Source: Candidatus Aminicenantes bacterium
GTDB lineage: Bacteria > Acidobacteriota > Aminicenantia > Aminicenantales > Aminicenantaceae
Reading direction: 5' to 3'
Assembly (NCBI GenBank): GCA_050115915.1
Contig: JASFPP010000002.1
Coordinates: 3,299-67,298, forward strand
DNA: 64,000 bases
The translations under genes were made by a program, and so were the position numbers. A model generated the notes under the pieces. It did no database searches. It saw only the letters and a list, made by a program, of their open reading frames with translations, and was not told the DNA's origin. This document shows, one piece after another, positions 45,252 through 56,000 of the stretch. Within the stretch, counting starts at the first letter, position 1; each line of letters opens with the position of its first letter.

Positions 45252-47441
45252 TTAATTGAAGAGGAAGGTCATCTTGACCATAACAACACGGTCCTGGAGA
45301 CGCGTCTGCTCTCCCGCCTCCCGGGTCTCGTTGTAGATGAAATAGATGTTTGCTCCCGGCTTATAGATCCAGCGGATGAGGAAGTTGCTCTTGAACACAT
45401 CGTCTTCATCGTTGTACTGGAGATAGGCTTTGGCATACAGTTCTGGGGTAAAGGAATAGATAATCCTGGCGGCAGCGATGTTCGTACTGAACTTGCCTCC
45501 CTTTATCGGAAGATCGAAATTGTTATAGTCATAGATAAACTCGACGTTGAGATGCTTGGAGAACTTGATAAAGCCGCTGGCGTTCAATCGGTAGAGAGAA
45601 CCATTGTAAAATCCCCCCAAGTTGGTGTTGGCCCGGAGGGATATTTTTTTGCTCCGGTCAGAATGAAAGAATCCCGATAAAAAGTTAAAACGATGAATGC
45701 CGACAGGGATAAAAACGTCCTCCCTGATCTCGAACGAATCCTCCAGAAACTCATAGCTTTGCACATAGCCCAAGTAAAAGATGCTGCCATTTTGGAAAAT
45801 ATTGAATGTTCCCAGGCTTTGAAACCTCGATTCCAACTGCCCCGAATGGTTCTCGAGATAGATAAGGTCGACAAAGAAAAAACTCTGTCTGAGATTGAAC
45901 ACCTGGGGCCGTGGGCCGACCCCAAAATTGGCACGCAGTTTTCGCATGTCGACTCTCGGGACATACCCCATCTCCGAGTTGAAGTTCTCTCCGATATCCG
46001 TATAATTCAAGCGCCCGCTGAATAAATCGCTGTTGAAGATCATATCCAGATTCCCGGCCCAATCCTGGCCTTCAGAACCGGGGCTGAATGTCTTCCCTAT
46101 AAAACCTTCCACACGGAAGGACTGGCCGAAGGCGAGATTGACATCGAAGACGGCCCCTCGATTGTAATCGGAACTATCCAGAGAATCTCGGCTCATAACC
46201 ATGGCCCCTATGGTGGATTTCTCTAAGAAATCCCTTTTCAGACGGAAGACGGCGTGATTCATTCTTTCGATGTGGACATCTTCATCATCCTCGGTGTAAG
46301 TAATCCTGTCGGTCAGGATATCGAGAATCCCCAAGCTGTAGCTCCCCCCTTTACCGGTAACTCTCACTCCTCCCATCACAGGGATCTCCTCACCATCCTC
46401 CGAGAGTCCTATGGTCCGGCTGTAGAAGAAACGCATCCCCGGAGGTTCGAAAGGATCGAACACCTCACCCACATAAAAAAGATCCGCCCCCTCCAAAAAA
46501 AATCCTCTTTTTTCGGGGAAAAAGAGAGAGAACCGGGTCAGGTTGAACTGCTCGAGGTCCGCTTCGACCTGAGCGAAGTCCGTGTTGATGGTCATATCGG
46601 CTGTGATGTTCGACGTTAAACGGTATTTGAGATCGAGCCCAATATCTCCGGATGCGCTTAGGGAATCTTTGTCCTCCTCCTGAATTCCGCCTCCGATCAC
46701 ATAGGGCATCAAATGGAGTCTCTTCCCCTTTTTGAGATCCTCAAGTCCAGTCAAATTACCAAAAAAGGAAATCTTGTACTTCCCGAAATATCCCAGGTCT
46801 CGAACGATCGGTGCCCAATAGGCCTCCTCTCTCTTCCTTGCGATGTGGCGCCCGAAATTAACACCCCAAGTCTGTGTGCGCGCCGTTTGAAACCTGAGTG
46901 TGTAAAAGGGGATGGCGATCTCGATGGTCCAGCCCCGATTATCTCTTTGGGTTTTGGAATGCCACAATCCATCCCAATCCCAGTTGATCCTGCTGCCCTC
47001 CTCTCTGATCAGAGCATCCCGCCGCGCTCCCAGGGGATTCGTCATAAAATACGTCGCATTCCGGTGATCGTGATAGGTGTCCAAATAAATTTCGAAATAG
47101 TCGTTGTCCTGGAGGGGGGCATCCCTCCGCATCTCGCTGGCTACGATCTTATCCGGTTGGCTGTCATTGCATACGACACCGATGTATAAATATTCATCGT
47201 CATACAGGATACGGATTTCTGTCGTCTCTGTTATGGGCTTTCCTTCATTGGGCTCTCTCTGAATAAGATTGTCGATCACTTCTGCCTTTTGCCAAGCCGC
47301 GTCGTCGAGCCTCCCATCCATTCGAACAGGCTCATCTGTTCTGACGGCTCTTACCTCTAGATCCACAGACTGTTGGGAGAATAAAAAAGACGAACAGAGA
47401 AGCCCCAGGATCACCGCCCAAAGCGATCTTCTTCGGCACAT
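45252..47441 (-). CDS. CBM9-like + DUF5916 outer-membrane-type protein
   Basis: Signal peptide. CBM9-type start (VRMDGRLDDAAWQKA...IQREPNEG). Long beta-rich body ending in F-x-F. The start is 47441 or 47480. Confidence 0.7.
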   Translation of the reverse strand: MCRRRSLWAVILGLLCSSFLFSQQSVDLEVRAVRTDEPVRMDGRLDDAAWQKAEVIDNLIQREPNEGKPITETTEIRILYDDEYLYIGVVCNDSQPDKIVASEMRRDAPLQDNDYFEIYLDTYHDHRNATYFMTNPLGARRDALIREEGSRINWDWDGLWHSKTQRDNRGWTIEIAIPFYTLRFQTARTQTWGVNFGRHIARKREEAYWAPIVRDLGYFGKYKISFFGNLTGLEDLKKGKRLHLMPYVIGGGIQEEDKDSLSASGDIGLDLKYRLTSNITADMTINTDFAQVEADLEQFNLTRFSLFFPEKRGFFLEGADLFYVGEVFDPFEPPGMRFFYSRTIGLSEDGEEIPVMGGVRVTGKGGSYSLGILDILTDRITYTEDDEDVHIERMNHAVFRLKRDFLEKSTIGAMVMSRDSLDSSDYNRGAVFDVNLAFGQSFRVEGFIGKTFSPGSEGQDWAGNLDMIFNSDLFSGRLNYTDIGENFNSEMGYVPRVDMRKLRANFGVGPRPQVFNLRQSFFFVDLIYLENHSGQLESRFQSLGTFNIFQNGSIFYLGYVQSYEFLEDSFEIREDVFIPVGIHRFNFLSGFFHSDRSKKISLRANTNLGGFYNGSLYRLNASGFIKFSKHLNVEFIYDYNNFDLPIKGGKFSTNIAAARIIYSFTPELYAKAYLQYNDEDDVFKSNFLIRWIYKPGANIYFIYNETREAGEQTRLQDRVVMVKMTFLFN

Positions 47442-47625
47442 CTTTTTACTTTTTTGTTCTCCCATCGGAGTGAAGAACACTCTATTTCAGTCAGTATACA
47501 TATTTCGACCCGAATAACCCAGATATTTATTGGCGGTTATCAGGGATTAAAAATACACACGTCAATACGTACATTAAGTTTGAGATAATACAGCTGGATA
47601 CTTAAAAAAATCGGGATAGTTGTCC

Positions 47626-48957
47626 TCAGGCTCTACGCTGAGCTAAGTGCTGGATCCCTTCCAGAAGCATGTCCACATGTTTTCGAGCGATGTAGAAATG
47701 TGTCGAGACCCGCAGACCATACGTACCTTTTTCCTTACTCCCCACGGTTCTGATCACGATGTTGTATTTTTCACGCACATAATCGACAACATTTCTGGGC
47801 TCTACCCCGTCTATGGAGAACGCAGTCAATCCACCACTAATATAGGGATCCTGGGAGGTATGAAGTTTTATACCCGGAATCCTGGCGAGCTCTCGTTTTA
47901 AATACCCGGCCAATGCTTTGATCCGCCTCTCGATTCTCTGTTTCCCGATGTGGTTCTGGAAATCAATGGCCTCGCCTAGGGCGATGGTCAGTGCATCCGC
48001 TCTCTGTCCCACAGCTTCATACTTCCGCGCACTTTCGGAATTATCCCATCCTCCTGTAGCGAGTGTGGCCCAGACCTTATCCAGATGTTCCTTCTTGATA
48101 TAGAGCACGCCTACACCCGTGGGCGCACCCAGCCACTTGTATGGGCTGGTTGCGAAAAAATCCACATCCAATTCTTTCATGTTGAGGTCGAGCATTCCGA
48201 TACCATGGGCGCTGTCGGCAAGGACAAGGATCCCCTTCTCATGGGCCATCTTGCACAACTCTTTGAGGGGAGAGATCAGGCCGGATATGTAAACCGTATG
48301 GCTGATACTGATGATTCTTGTCCTGGGAGTGATACTCTTTTCGAAACCGGAGACAAATTCATCTACGCTTGCCGGAGGCAAACCTATAGGGACATACACG
48401 ATCTTGATGCCGTAGCGTTTCTCTTTGAGGTTCCATGGATGAGTCCCCCCTGGATGCTCCATCGTGGAGAGGATAACTTCATCTCCCTCTTTGAGATCCA
48501 GGCCGTTCGCGATAAAATTCATCCCCTCAGTGGTGTTACGCGTGATCGCGACTTCCTCTGGGTCGGCATGGATGAATTCGGCCACTTTTCTGCGAACTTC
48601 CGCTTTTTCCCTGGGAATATACGCATACGTATCGTAGGGATTCGTGGCCTGGACTTTGAAGGTTTTCATCAGTGTGTTGAATACCGGTTTGGGCATAGGT
48701 CCAACGGTCCCGTTGTTCATCATGATGACCCCGTCCTGGAAGAGAAAATGTCGCCTCAATGCATCCCAGAACACCCCATCGGGCGATTCATCCTCGATAT
48801 ATTTTGTGTTCAGCGCTGTAATACTCTGATAAATAGAAGCGTTGAGTTTGTTAAGTGCAGCTACAGAGAGTGTGGAACCCGCCAGGAAATACTTAACAAA
48901 ATCCCGTCTGGAAAATCCTGTGATACAATCATTTTTGCGTTTAGATATTTGGTCCAT
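47626..48957 (-). CDS. Class V aminotransferase-fold PLP enzyme (cysteine desulfurase / isopenicillin-N-epimerase-like) with a twin-arginine signal
   Basis: SRRDFVKYFLAGSTLSVAA TAT-type N-terminus. Class V core with SPYKW (PLP lysine context) and DSAHG. Confidence 0.75.
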   Translation of the reverse strand: MDQISKRKNDCITGFSRRDFVKYFLAGSTLSVAALNKLNASIYQSITALNTKYIEDESPDGVFWDALRRHFLFQDGVIMMNNGTVGPMPKPVFNTLMKTFKVQATNPYDTYAYIPREKAEVRRKVAEFIHADPEEVAITRNTTEGMNFIANGLDLKEGDEVILSTMEHPGGTHPWNLKEKRYGIKIVYVPIGLPPASVDEFVSGFEKSITPRTRIISISHTVYISGLISPLKELCKMAHEKGILVLADSAHGIGMLDLNMKELDVDFFATSPYKWLGAPTGVGVLYIKKEHLDKVWATLATGGWDNSESARKYEAVGQRADALTIALGEAIDFQNHIGKQRIERRIKALAGYLKRELARIPGIKLHTSQDPYISGGLTAFSIDGVEPRNVVDYVREKYNIVIRTVGSKEKGTYGLRVSTHFYIARKHVDMLLEGIQHLAQRRA

Positions 48958-49036
48958 AAACGTGTCCTCCCAGAGTTTTGCTCCATTGTATTCCTTCTAG
49001 ATTTCCGCTGTCAAACAAAAACTCGGCGCCAGCGGC

Positions 49037-49990
49037 TCAGGCTTTGACCTTGGCGATATTGACTTTTTTGAGGTCCATCTCGCCTAAGCCGAGCTCATGA
49101 GCCATCTTGATCTGGAAGATATCTTCGGGTTTCAATCCCCACAGCGTCGAGCAGTAAGCATCCATGGCCACACGATCCTGGCCGACCACGACCTTTTGCG
49201 GCTTAATGATCTCGCCCGGGCCCATCGGACCGTTCGTAATAATGAACTCTGTGGCATCGACAACACACAGTGTGGGAAGGATGACCGTGTTGAGGTCAGC
49301 GATGCACTGATCGAGGTGTTTGATATCGTTGATGTCTGTTTTCCAGCCGGGCTTGTGAAAATTTTCCCTGTTGTTTTGGCGATGATTCAGCCCCATCATG
49401 TTTTTCATCGTTCCCGTGAACTTATTCCCAGCGTGGTCCTTTGTTATGGGGATATCGATAAACACATCGTTGTTGAAGAACTCCTTCATGATCATCGCCT
49501 CTTTGAGAGCCTGTCCCTTGGGTACCTTAACAGGCTTGAAATTGGCCTCATCACTTTCAACGAGCTTCAAGCTTGCGCCTTCTTCCCTCAGCACAGCAGC
49601 CAAGCCGGTTTTTTCCCAATTTTCCATCTTCAGCCACGAGAGACAGTTGACCTCTTCGGCACCCGCCTTTTTGCACATCTGGACGATGGCGCGCACGATC
49701 TCCGGTTTTGTGAATGTCCCCGGATGCCATCTCTGGACATTGGGAAGAATGGCGACTCTCGCGCCCTTCTGGATGAAGTGGTCCATACCCCCCAAAAGCT
49801 CAACCGCCTTCATGGTGCTCTTATAATAATCCGCTCCCTCAGCCACAACAATATCATGTGCTCCGTAGGCCATAGCCCCGGCTTTTGAGCCATCGACAAA
49901 ATGTCCGAGTGCTGTTCCTCCGACTGCTGCGGTCAGGCTATAACGGGCACTCTTTTTAAGAAATTCTCTCCGTCCAATTTTATTCCCCAT
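49037..49990 (-). CDS. TAT-signal DUF362-domain protein (paralog 2)
   Basis: GRREFLKKSARYSLTAAVGG signal, DUF362-like core (ARVAILPN, IPITKDHAGN), and a strong AAGGAGG ribosome-binding site. Confidence 0.75.
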   Translation of the reverse strand: MGNKIGRREFLKKSARYSLTAAVGGTALGHFVDGSKAGAMAYGAHDIVVAEGADYYKSTMKAVELLGGMDHFIQKGARVAILPNVQRWHPGTFTKPEIVRAIVQMCKKAGAEEVNCLSWLKMENWEKTGLAAVLREEGASLKLVESDEANFKPVKVPKGQALKEAMIMKEFFNNDVFIDIPITKDHAGNKFTGTMKNMMGLNHRQNNRENFHKPGWKTDINDIKHLDQCIADLNTVILPTLCVVDATEFIITNGPMGPGEIIKPQKVVVGQDRVAMDAYCSTLWGLKPEDIFQIKMAHELGLGEMDLKKVNIAKVKA

Positions 49991-50125
49991 GAGTCCTCCT
50001 TTTTAAGATTCTCAAAACTTATTGAATGGTTTAAATGGATATTATAATACAAAAAATAAAAGTGCAAATCTTTCTGCAGAAAGGTAAACATCATTATTTC
50101 CGTGATGGCATGAAAGCATAATGCG

Positions 50126-50289
50126 TTATTGAGTGCTCCAATTGTGTGGTGGAGAAAACCGTATGGAGGGCTGGACGGGCATGGTATATCTCCCAAGGGG
50201 AGATATGAGGGAAGCCCGGAATCGAGCGAAGTTTCCTCGCTGGGGAAACTGAGAGTGTTTTCGAAATCACCAATTGAGCACTCGAAATA
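50126..50289. repeat. ~165-nt element bounded by 13-14 bp inverted repeats (GAGTGCTCCAATTG / CAATTGAGCACTC); a MITE-like element or a structured RNA
   Basis: The arms at 50131-50144 and 50271-50283 pair at 13 positions with one bulge. Internal hairpins include ATATCTCC-caag-GGAGATAT at about 50186-50206. The element lies in the 349-nt spacer between DUF89 and DUF362. Confidence 0.55.
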
Positions 50290-50339
50290 CCAGTCATCAC
50301 AGTATTAAGGATGCTTTCTGAAGAAATTAAGAAAGGCGG

Positions 50340-51194
50340 TTAGGTGTCGAAGAATTTCGATCGTTTCAGAATGATGCTTCCCTGTTCGACTCCGATGTCT
50401 TTGGCGATGACATGACATTTGGCTTTCAGAAGAAAAAATATCGGCCGGCTTTCTTCAGAAAGACCTTCATAGTTCCCCTGCCCCTTGCTGATGATAAAGT
50501 CCGCAGTTTTATAGACCTTGAAGAACTCATCCGCGCAAAAACGCAAGATGTTGCCCGGCGCGTCTGTGCCCGAGCTCATGATGTCTGCGACTTTATCTAT
50601 CCCCGCAGCCACAGCATCCTCAAGAACAGCGTCATTGATGATCGGACGCTCACGAACCACATAGGTCACAGGTTTTCCCAGCTCTTCGATAAGCACACGG
50701 TCGAACACCGTTTCTCCCGCGTTATCCGCGATGTAAAGAACGTCTTTGGCCTTAGGCAGCGCTGCCTTGAAAGTCTCAAAATCATCGATGGCAAATCTCT
50801 GGTCGAGTATGGATTCAAGGTCTTTTTCCATGTCAAAGGGTGCGTTGGACCCAAAATCGATCACATTTCCGGCAATGGCGATACGGATCGCTGTTTTCAA
50901 CCGATCCTCTGCCGATCGAACTCTTTCCTTCAGGCCTGGATATAGAGTGAGGGCTTGTTCGGTGCATTTTTTCTTGATTTCTCTGTAGGGATCCTGTACA
51001 CCGGTCAAACGCGAGACGATTCTATAAACCTCTCGGCCGATCTCTGGAGGTGTGGCCCCAGCCGGAATTTTGGGCAGGAATCTGCTCACCTCGAGCAAGA
51101 TCTTATGGGTAGTATCTTCATTGGCACCGACCAATCGAGTGACATTGAGGGCCTGCTGGAAAAAACACGGATAACAGTCCAAGTAGATCTTCAT
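50340..51194 (-). CDS. DUF89 (ARMT1-like damage-control phosphatase) family protein
   Basis: N-terminus MKIYLDCYPCFFQQAL and later DNAGE..FD and KGQGNYE motifs, typical of DUF89. Confidence 0.8.
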   Translation of the reverse strand: MKIYLDCYPCFFQQALNVTRLVGANEDTTHKILLEVSRFLPKIPAGATPPEIGREVYRIVSRLTGVQDPYREIKKKCTEQALTLYPGLKERVRSAEDRLKTAIRIAIAGNVIDFGSNAPFDMEKDLESILDQRFAIDDFETFKAALPKAKDVLYIADNAGETVFDRVLIEELGKPVTYVVRERPIINDAVLEDAVAAGIDKVADIMSSGTDAPGNILRFCADEFFKVYKTADFIISKGQGNYEGLSEESRPIFFLLKAKCHVIAKDIGVEQGSIILKRSKFFDT

Positions 51195-51239
51195 GTCCAG
51201 ACGATTATATCATTTCTGAGAGTTAAGGGCGATCGAAGC

Positions 51240-52826
51240 CTATCGATCCTCGTTGTATTCCAAAACCTCGAGCTTCAGGTTCCCGATGACCTCTGACATG
51301 GCTCGGCCCATCTCCTGGAATAGCCCTTCATCCAGAGCGCTGTTACCCAGCTTGATGTGTGTGGCGTCTGTGTAATACTCACCGCTCGTCTTATCCACGG
51401 CCAGCCACTTGGCATCCAATCCTACCCACGCGCCTACATAAACCTCGGGCCACATGTGATAGGCAAATATTCCTTCTCCATACATTACTCCCACTGCGGC
51501 CCGCGCCGGGATCCCCACAGAACGACAGAGGGTGACCATCAACACCGTATATTCCGAACAATCCCCTTCTCGATTTTCGAGGATCTCTTTAGCGGAGGCA
51601 AATCCCACATCATAGTTCGGCTCCATCTCACGGCGTACCCACTCGGCAATCTTTTTCGACGCGGCCCAGGAATTCCCTTCTTTGCCGGCGATGGTCCTTG
51701 CGACTTTTACGACATACGGATCGTCAGATTGACAGAATGTGGTCGAGGCTAAATATCTTGAAAATTCCTCTCCTTCGAAGGGAAAAGATTTGGCGTCTTT
51801 TTCCGCAAAGACCACTGACTGTGTTTGGATAATCGCATGATCCTCCTTGAGTTCCAGGAGTTTCTGACTTTTCCCATCGAAAGGAAGTCCTCTCAGCTTC
51901 TCCTGAGGAATCCCACTCACTTTAAAAGTAACGCTTTGAACGTCTTGGGGTTGCGGAAACTCGACGTTCGATTTTATCAACATGGAAAAGGCAATATCCA
52001 AATTCTCATCGGATAATTCCATTGCCTTTTCTTTGGGCATACGAATGGAAGTCGTATGCAAAAATCCTGCATCGCTTACAGACTTCCATATCTCACCCTT
52101 CTCATCGATCCACTCGTCCATGACGATCGGAAAGACATCCGTCATTTTGGTGCGGACATGCCAAAGGGAAATCTGTTCGCCGAGCAATAGAACAGATTCC
52201 TCCTGCAAGATTTCGAAAGAGATATCTATAAGGGATTGAGTGAGCGGTTCGAGGATTTTGAATGTGTATTCCTTTCCGGCCTTTAAGCCATCTTCTTTGA
52301 TAATTTTTTCCATAGGAACGCCAAAGTGGAATTTTTCTGTGTAGGGCAGTTCCTTGGTAATCTTATCTCCAGAATAAAACACGATCTTATCGGGCTTGAC
52401 CTCTGCTCTTATCACAGTTTCTGCGAGAGAGAGCTTGGTTCTAATAGTCGTCTCCACCGGATTCTGATTAGCATCATAGAGAGAATCCTGCGTTGTTTGA
52501 ATCTCTACAGGATCGCTGCCCAACCGAGAGACTTTCATGAAGGATTCCTGGATCGATCGCTGGAATGTCTTCCCCTCTTGGACAAGACTGAACTCACGGC
52601 TGTGGCTGTACCCCACTTTCACGCCTTTCATGAAAACGCCCATCCAGGCTTCTTTGGCCGCGGCTGTTTTTTCGGCTTGGGTTTCTTGGCTAATAACAGT
52701 TAATTCCGTCTCCATCGAAGGGGCCGTCCTTCTGTGTTCCGGCTTCAAATTCACAGGCAAGATCATACATGCAAGTATCAGCCCTAGATTAGCCCCGCGA
52801 AATATTTGAAATGGAAGCCTCTTCAT
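51240..52826 (-). CDS. Secreted transglutaminase-like cysteine protease-fold protein
   Basis: Signal peptide and a C-terminal transglutaminase core (REGDCSEYTVLMVTLCRSVGIPAR ... YHMW). Confidence 0.8.
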   Translation of the reverse strand: MKRLPFQIFRGANLGLILACMILPVNLKPEHRRTAPSMETELTVISQETQAEKTAAAKEAWMGVFMKGVKVGYSHSREFSLVQEGKTFQRSIQESFMKVSRLGSDPVEIQTTQDSLYDANQNPVETTIRTKLSLAETVIRAEVKPDKIVFYSGDKITKELPYTEKFHFGVPMEKIIKEDGLKAGKEYTFKILEPLTQSLIDISFEILQEESVLLLGEQISLWHVRTKMTDVFPIVMDEWIDEKGEIWKSVSDAGFLHTTSIRMPKEKAMELSDENLDIAFSMLIKSNVEFPQPQDVQSVTFKVSGIPQEKLRGLPFDGKSQKLLELKEDHAIIQTQSVVFAEKDAKSFPFEGEEFSRYLASTTFCQSDDPYVVKVARTIAGKEGNSWAASKKIAEWVRREMEPNYDVGFASAKEILENREGDCSEYTVLMVTLCRSVGIPARAAVGVMYGEGIFAYHMWPEVYVGAWVGLDAKWLAVDKTSGEYYTDATHIKLGNSALDEGLFQEMGRAMSEVIGNLKLEVLEYNEDR

Positions 52827-53058
52827 CCTTTTCTCCTTAAACAGATGTTAAAAATACCCATCTTTCGACTCCAAGATTGAATTAAACCATAGCCACATTC
52901 ATAAGGCAAACAAGATCTAGATAGCATTTCCAAAGTCCTGATGGAAGATGCAAAGCGATTTCATGCCATCACGGTTTTAGAAAGACTTCATGAGGGCAAT
53001 AGCCGGAAGGGATGGAGAGGGAGTTAACCCTCCATAGCGAAGCTCTTACAAGATGTAT

Positions 53059-56000
53059 TTAGAATGTCAGGCGTAAGCTCACTTTCACGACTCTTGTTCC
53101 GTAAGCCGCAGTGATGTCTCCATAACTGCTGTACCTTTTGAACACTGGATTCTCGGGATCGCTGTAATCCAAATACCCGCCTGGATCCGCATCGATTTTG
53201 TATCCGCTCCAACCGAAGGCATTCAGGATGTCGATATAGCCTCCCAGAAGTATGGAGTCTGAAATGCGGAATCTCTTTTCCACCCTCAGATCGAGAGTGG
53301 CCAGTGGGGCAGTGCGCCTAGTTCCCCTTTCCTCTGTGATCACATGATAGCCCTGTCCCGGATAGAGATACCGCTTATCCTCAGGGATGTAGACCCAAAT
53401 GGTCCTGGCCCAAGGAGTTCCTGAAAGATAACTGAAGTAACCGCTGCATATAAAATCTTGGGGAAGAATGACTGAACTTTGGATCTTGATATTGAGCGGC
53501 CGGTCGTAATCCAGTCTCCCCTCCGGAAATATGAGGGAGTTAGGGGTGTCATAATTCGTGGAGGCCCCCCCTGTCTCGGAGTAACGTCCTCCGATGTTTC
53601 CCCAAGATTTGCTCCACACTAAAGATGCAAGAATCTGCCACCTATGGGCCATTCTTTTGTTCAGGATGAACTGAATAGCTGCGTATTTTCGAAAACCCAC
53701 ATCAAGGTTCGTGTGAAACCAGTGTCTGCCTCCTGGGGAAGTGGCGAGTTCTGCATAGCAAAAGGACGTCTTGTCATCATCCGTGCCGAACAATCCATCA
53801 TCTCCCGGGTCTTCGAACGTGAACCTTTCCCAGTATGGACTCTCCGGGCTGTAGCCCTTCCATGCGTGTTCTCTGCCGAGTCCATAATCATTGACATCCT
53901 CGAAGATGTTCGATTTGTGTTTGTAGATGAGAGTGACCCCTGCGCTCAAGTTCCTCGCCAATTCTCGCTCTAAACCCAGAGTGAACTCATCTGTGTAAGG
54001 AGCAGACGATTCCGGGTCCAAAACATTCTCCAGGTCGTAAACATAAGGGCTATCCGGTAAATCGTAGATCTCATACCTGTCATCTCGATCGGGTCGTTTA
54101 TTGTAGTTCTCGTCATACCAGAACCATGCGCCGCCCCTGGGATAGAGCGGGTTCAGCGAGTTGAAGTACTGGACCATAAGGTACTCGTTGTAACGCGACC
54201 AGGATCCTCTGATGGAGGTTTTTCCATCCCCGAAAACATCATAGGAGAAGCCGACACGCGGAGAGAAATGTGTCCATGTCAGGATATTGCGCCCCTCTAG
54301 TTCATAGAAACCATAGGGTGATTCTTCACCAAGACCTGGCAGAACCTGGAGAATTCCGTAAGGATCGGCCGTCGCCTCTTTACTCTGGTTTGGAAAGCGG
54401 CCAGTGCTCGTGTCCAAACGCAGACCCAGGTTCAGGGTGAGCCGATCACTCAACGAAAGATTGTCCTGGATAAAAACGCCAAATCTTCTCTTTGTATCCT
54501 GCTCGATGGACGAAGAACACGTGGGGCCGCAGGTGTAGATGTAGACAAATCCCCTGTTAGGGGCTTGTGATGTCGGGTATGAATAAACATTTCCGTCAAA
54601 ATAATCGAAGCGCACAGGATTTCCCCGCCACCAATCCCAGTTGCTGGTGACCCACTCGTATTCGGCACCGATTTTGATCTCGTGGTTCGTTCCAAAAAGA
54701 TCATCCACAAAAAGAGTGGCCATAGCCGAGGGGTTGATCCTACGCCGAGTGTAAGTTTCCTGAAACCGGGAATTATTCCGGTACATTCCCCAATAACGGT
54801 CCCAATATTGAGGTGCATCCTCAAGGGCATAGTCACTGAATGGCAGAGGGAAGTACCTGTAATTATAGCCAAACCTGAAATCCAAGAAATGGTTCTGGCT
54901 TGTCACCCAGTTCGCCTGAAGGCTTAGCGTGTGACCATTCTCACCATCCCATCGGGAGGTCGCTGTCCTGTCCGTATAGCTCGAAAGCCGGTGCGTGTAG
55001 TACTCTTCGGTAATATTCGCCAGATTGTACATCGCCATCAGCCGTATCTCGGGAGTGAGCTGGAACGTCAATTTTCCAAAAAAATTCATCTCCTTATGCG
55101 GGCCCTGTTCCTGTGTGAACACGCGCTCACGGCTCGAAATGGTCTCGTCCCAGGACACAAGATTAAAATCCTGTGTCCAGGTGTAATAACGTCCGTTCAC
55201 AAAAAACCAGAGGCTGTCTCTCACGATGGGACCTCCCAAATACAAGGAAAGATCTCTCCAGGAGCTCCGCCCCATCGGCTTTTCCAAACCCATAGACTTG
55301 AGATCTTCGCGGCTTAGGAGACTCTGACTCATTCTGTCGTCAAAATATTCGGCCGTAAGACCGCCGTGATAATCATTACCGCCAGATTTCGTTACGATGT
55401 TGACGAACCCTCCATCGGCCAATCCCACATCCGCTGGATGACCATAGAGACCAAACTCCACTTCCTCGTACACATCGATGTTGATGTTTGTCATCGGGTA
55501 CATAACGACGGGATCATTGATGGTGACCCCATCTACAGAGTATTGGTTTCCCCGGACTGTTCCTCCCGATATAAAAGATGTTCTTCTGTAATCCACGTTT
55601 TCTGATACAGAACCGGGAATCGAGTTGAGAACATCATATAGATCCCTAGACATGGGGATGTGATAGATAAAATCTCGAGCATAATTCACAGAAGTCTTCG
55701 CCGATCGGACATCGACCACAGGAGAAAATCCGACAACAGTGACGTCTTCCTCAAGGCCCCCCAATTCCATCACAATGGACACGGACGATGTTTTGCCGAC
55801 ATTCACACGTAATCCGCGGCGGGTTACGCTTTTGAAACCCAGGACCTCGAATGTGAGGGCATAATCGTTGCCAGGGGGAAGAGTTGGAAAACGGAAAATG
55901 CCTGTTTCTGTCGTGACATACTTCAATGCGTAGGATAATGCCCTGCTCTCGATTGTGACCGTAACACCCGGAAGAGGCCGGTCATCCGCATCAACCACTT

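Noticed and set aside
50100-50300. A known riboswitch (cobalamin, TPP, SAM-I or guanidine-I) in the DUF89/DUF362 spacer
   Set aside because: Only short look-alike strings are present (AGGGAAGCCCGG, CTGAGA, GGAGGGCTGG). None of the full consensus cores or B12-box-type elements could be assembled on either strand. The element also lies upstream of the likely DUF362 promoter rather than in its leader.
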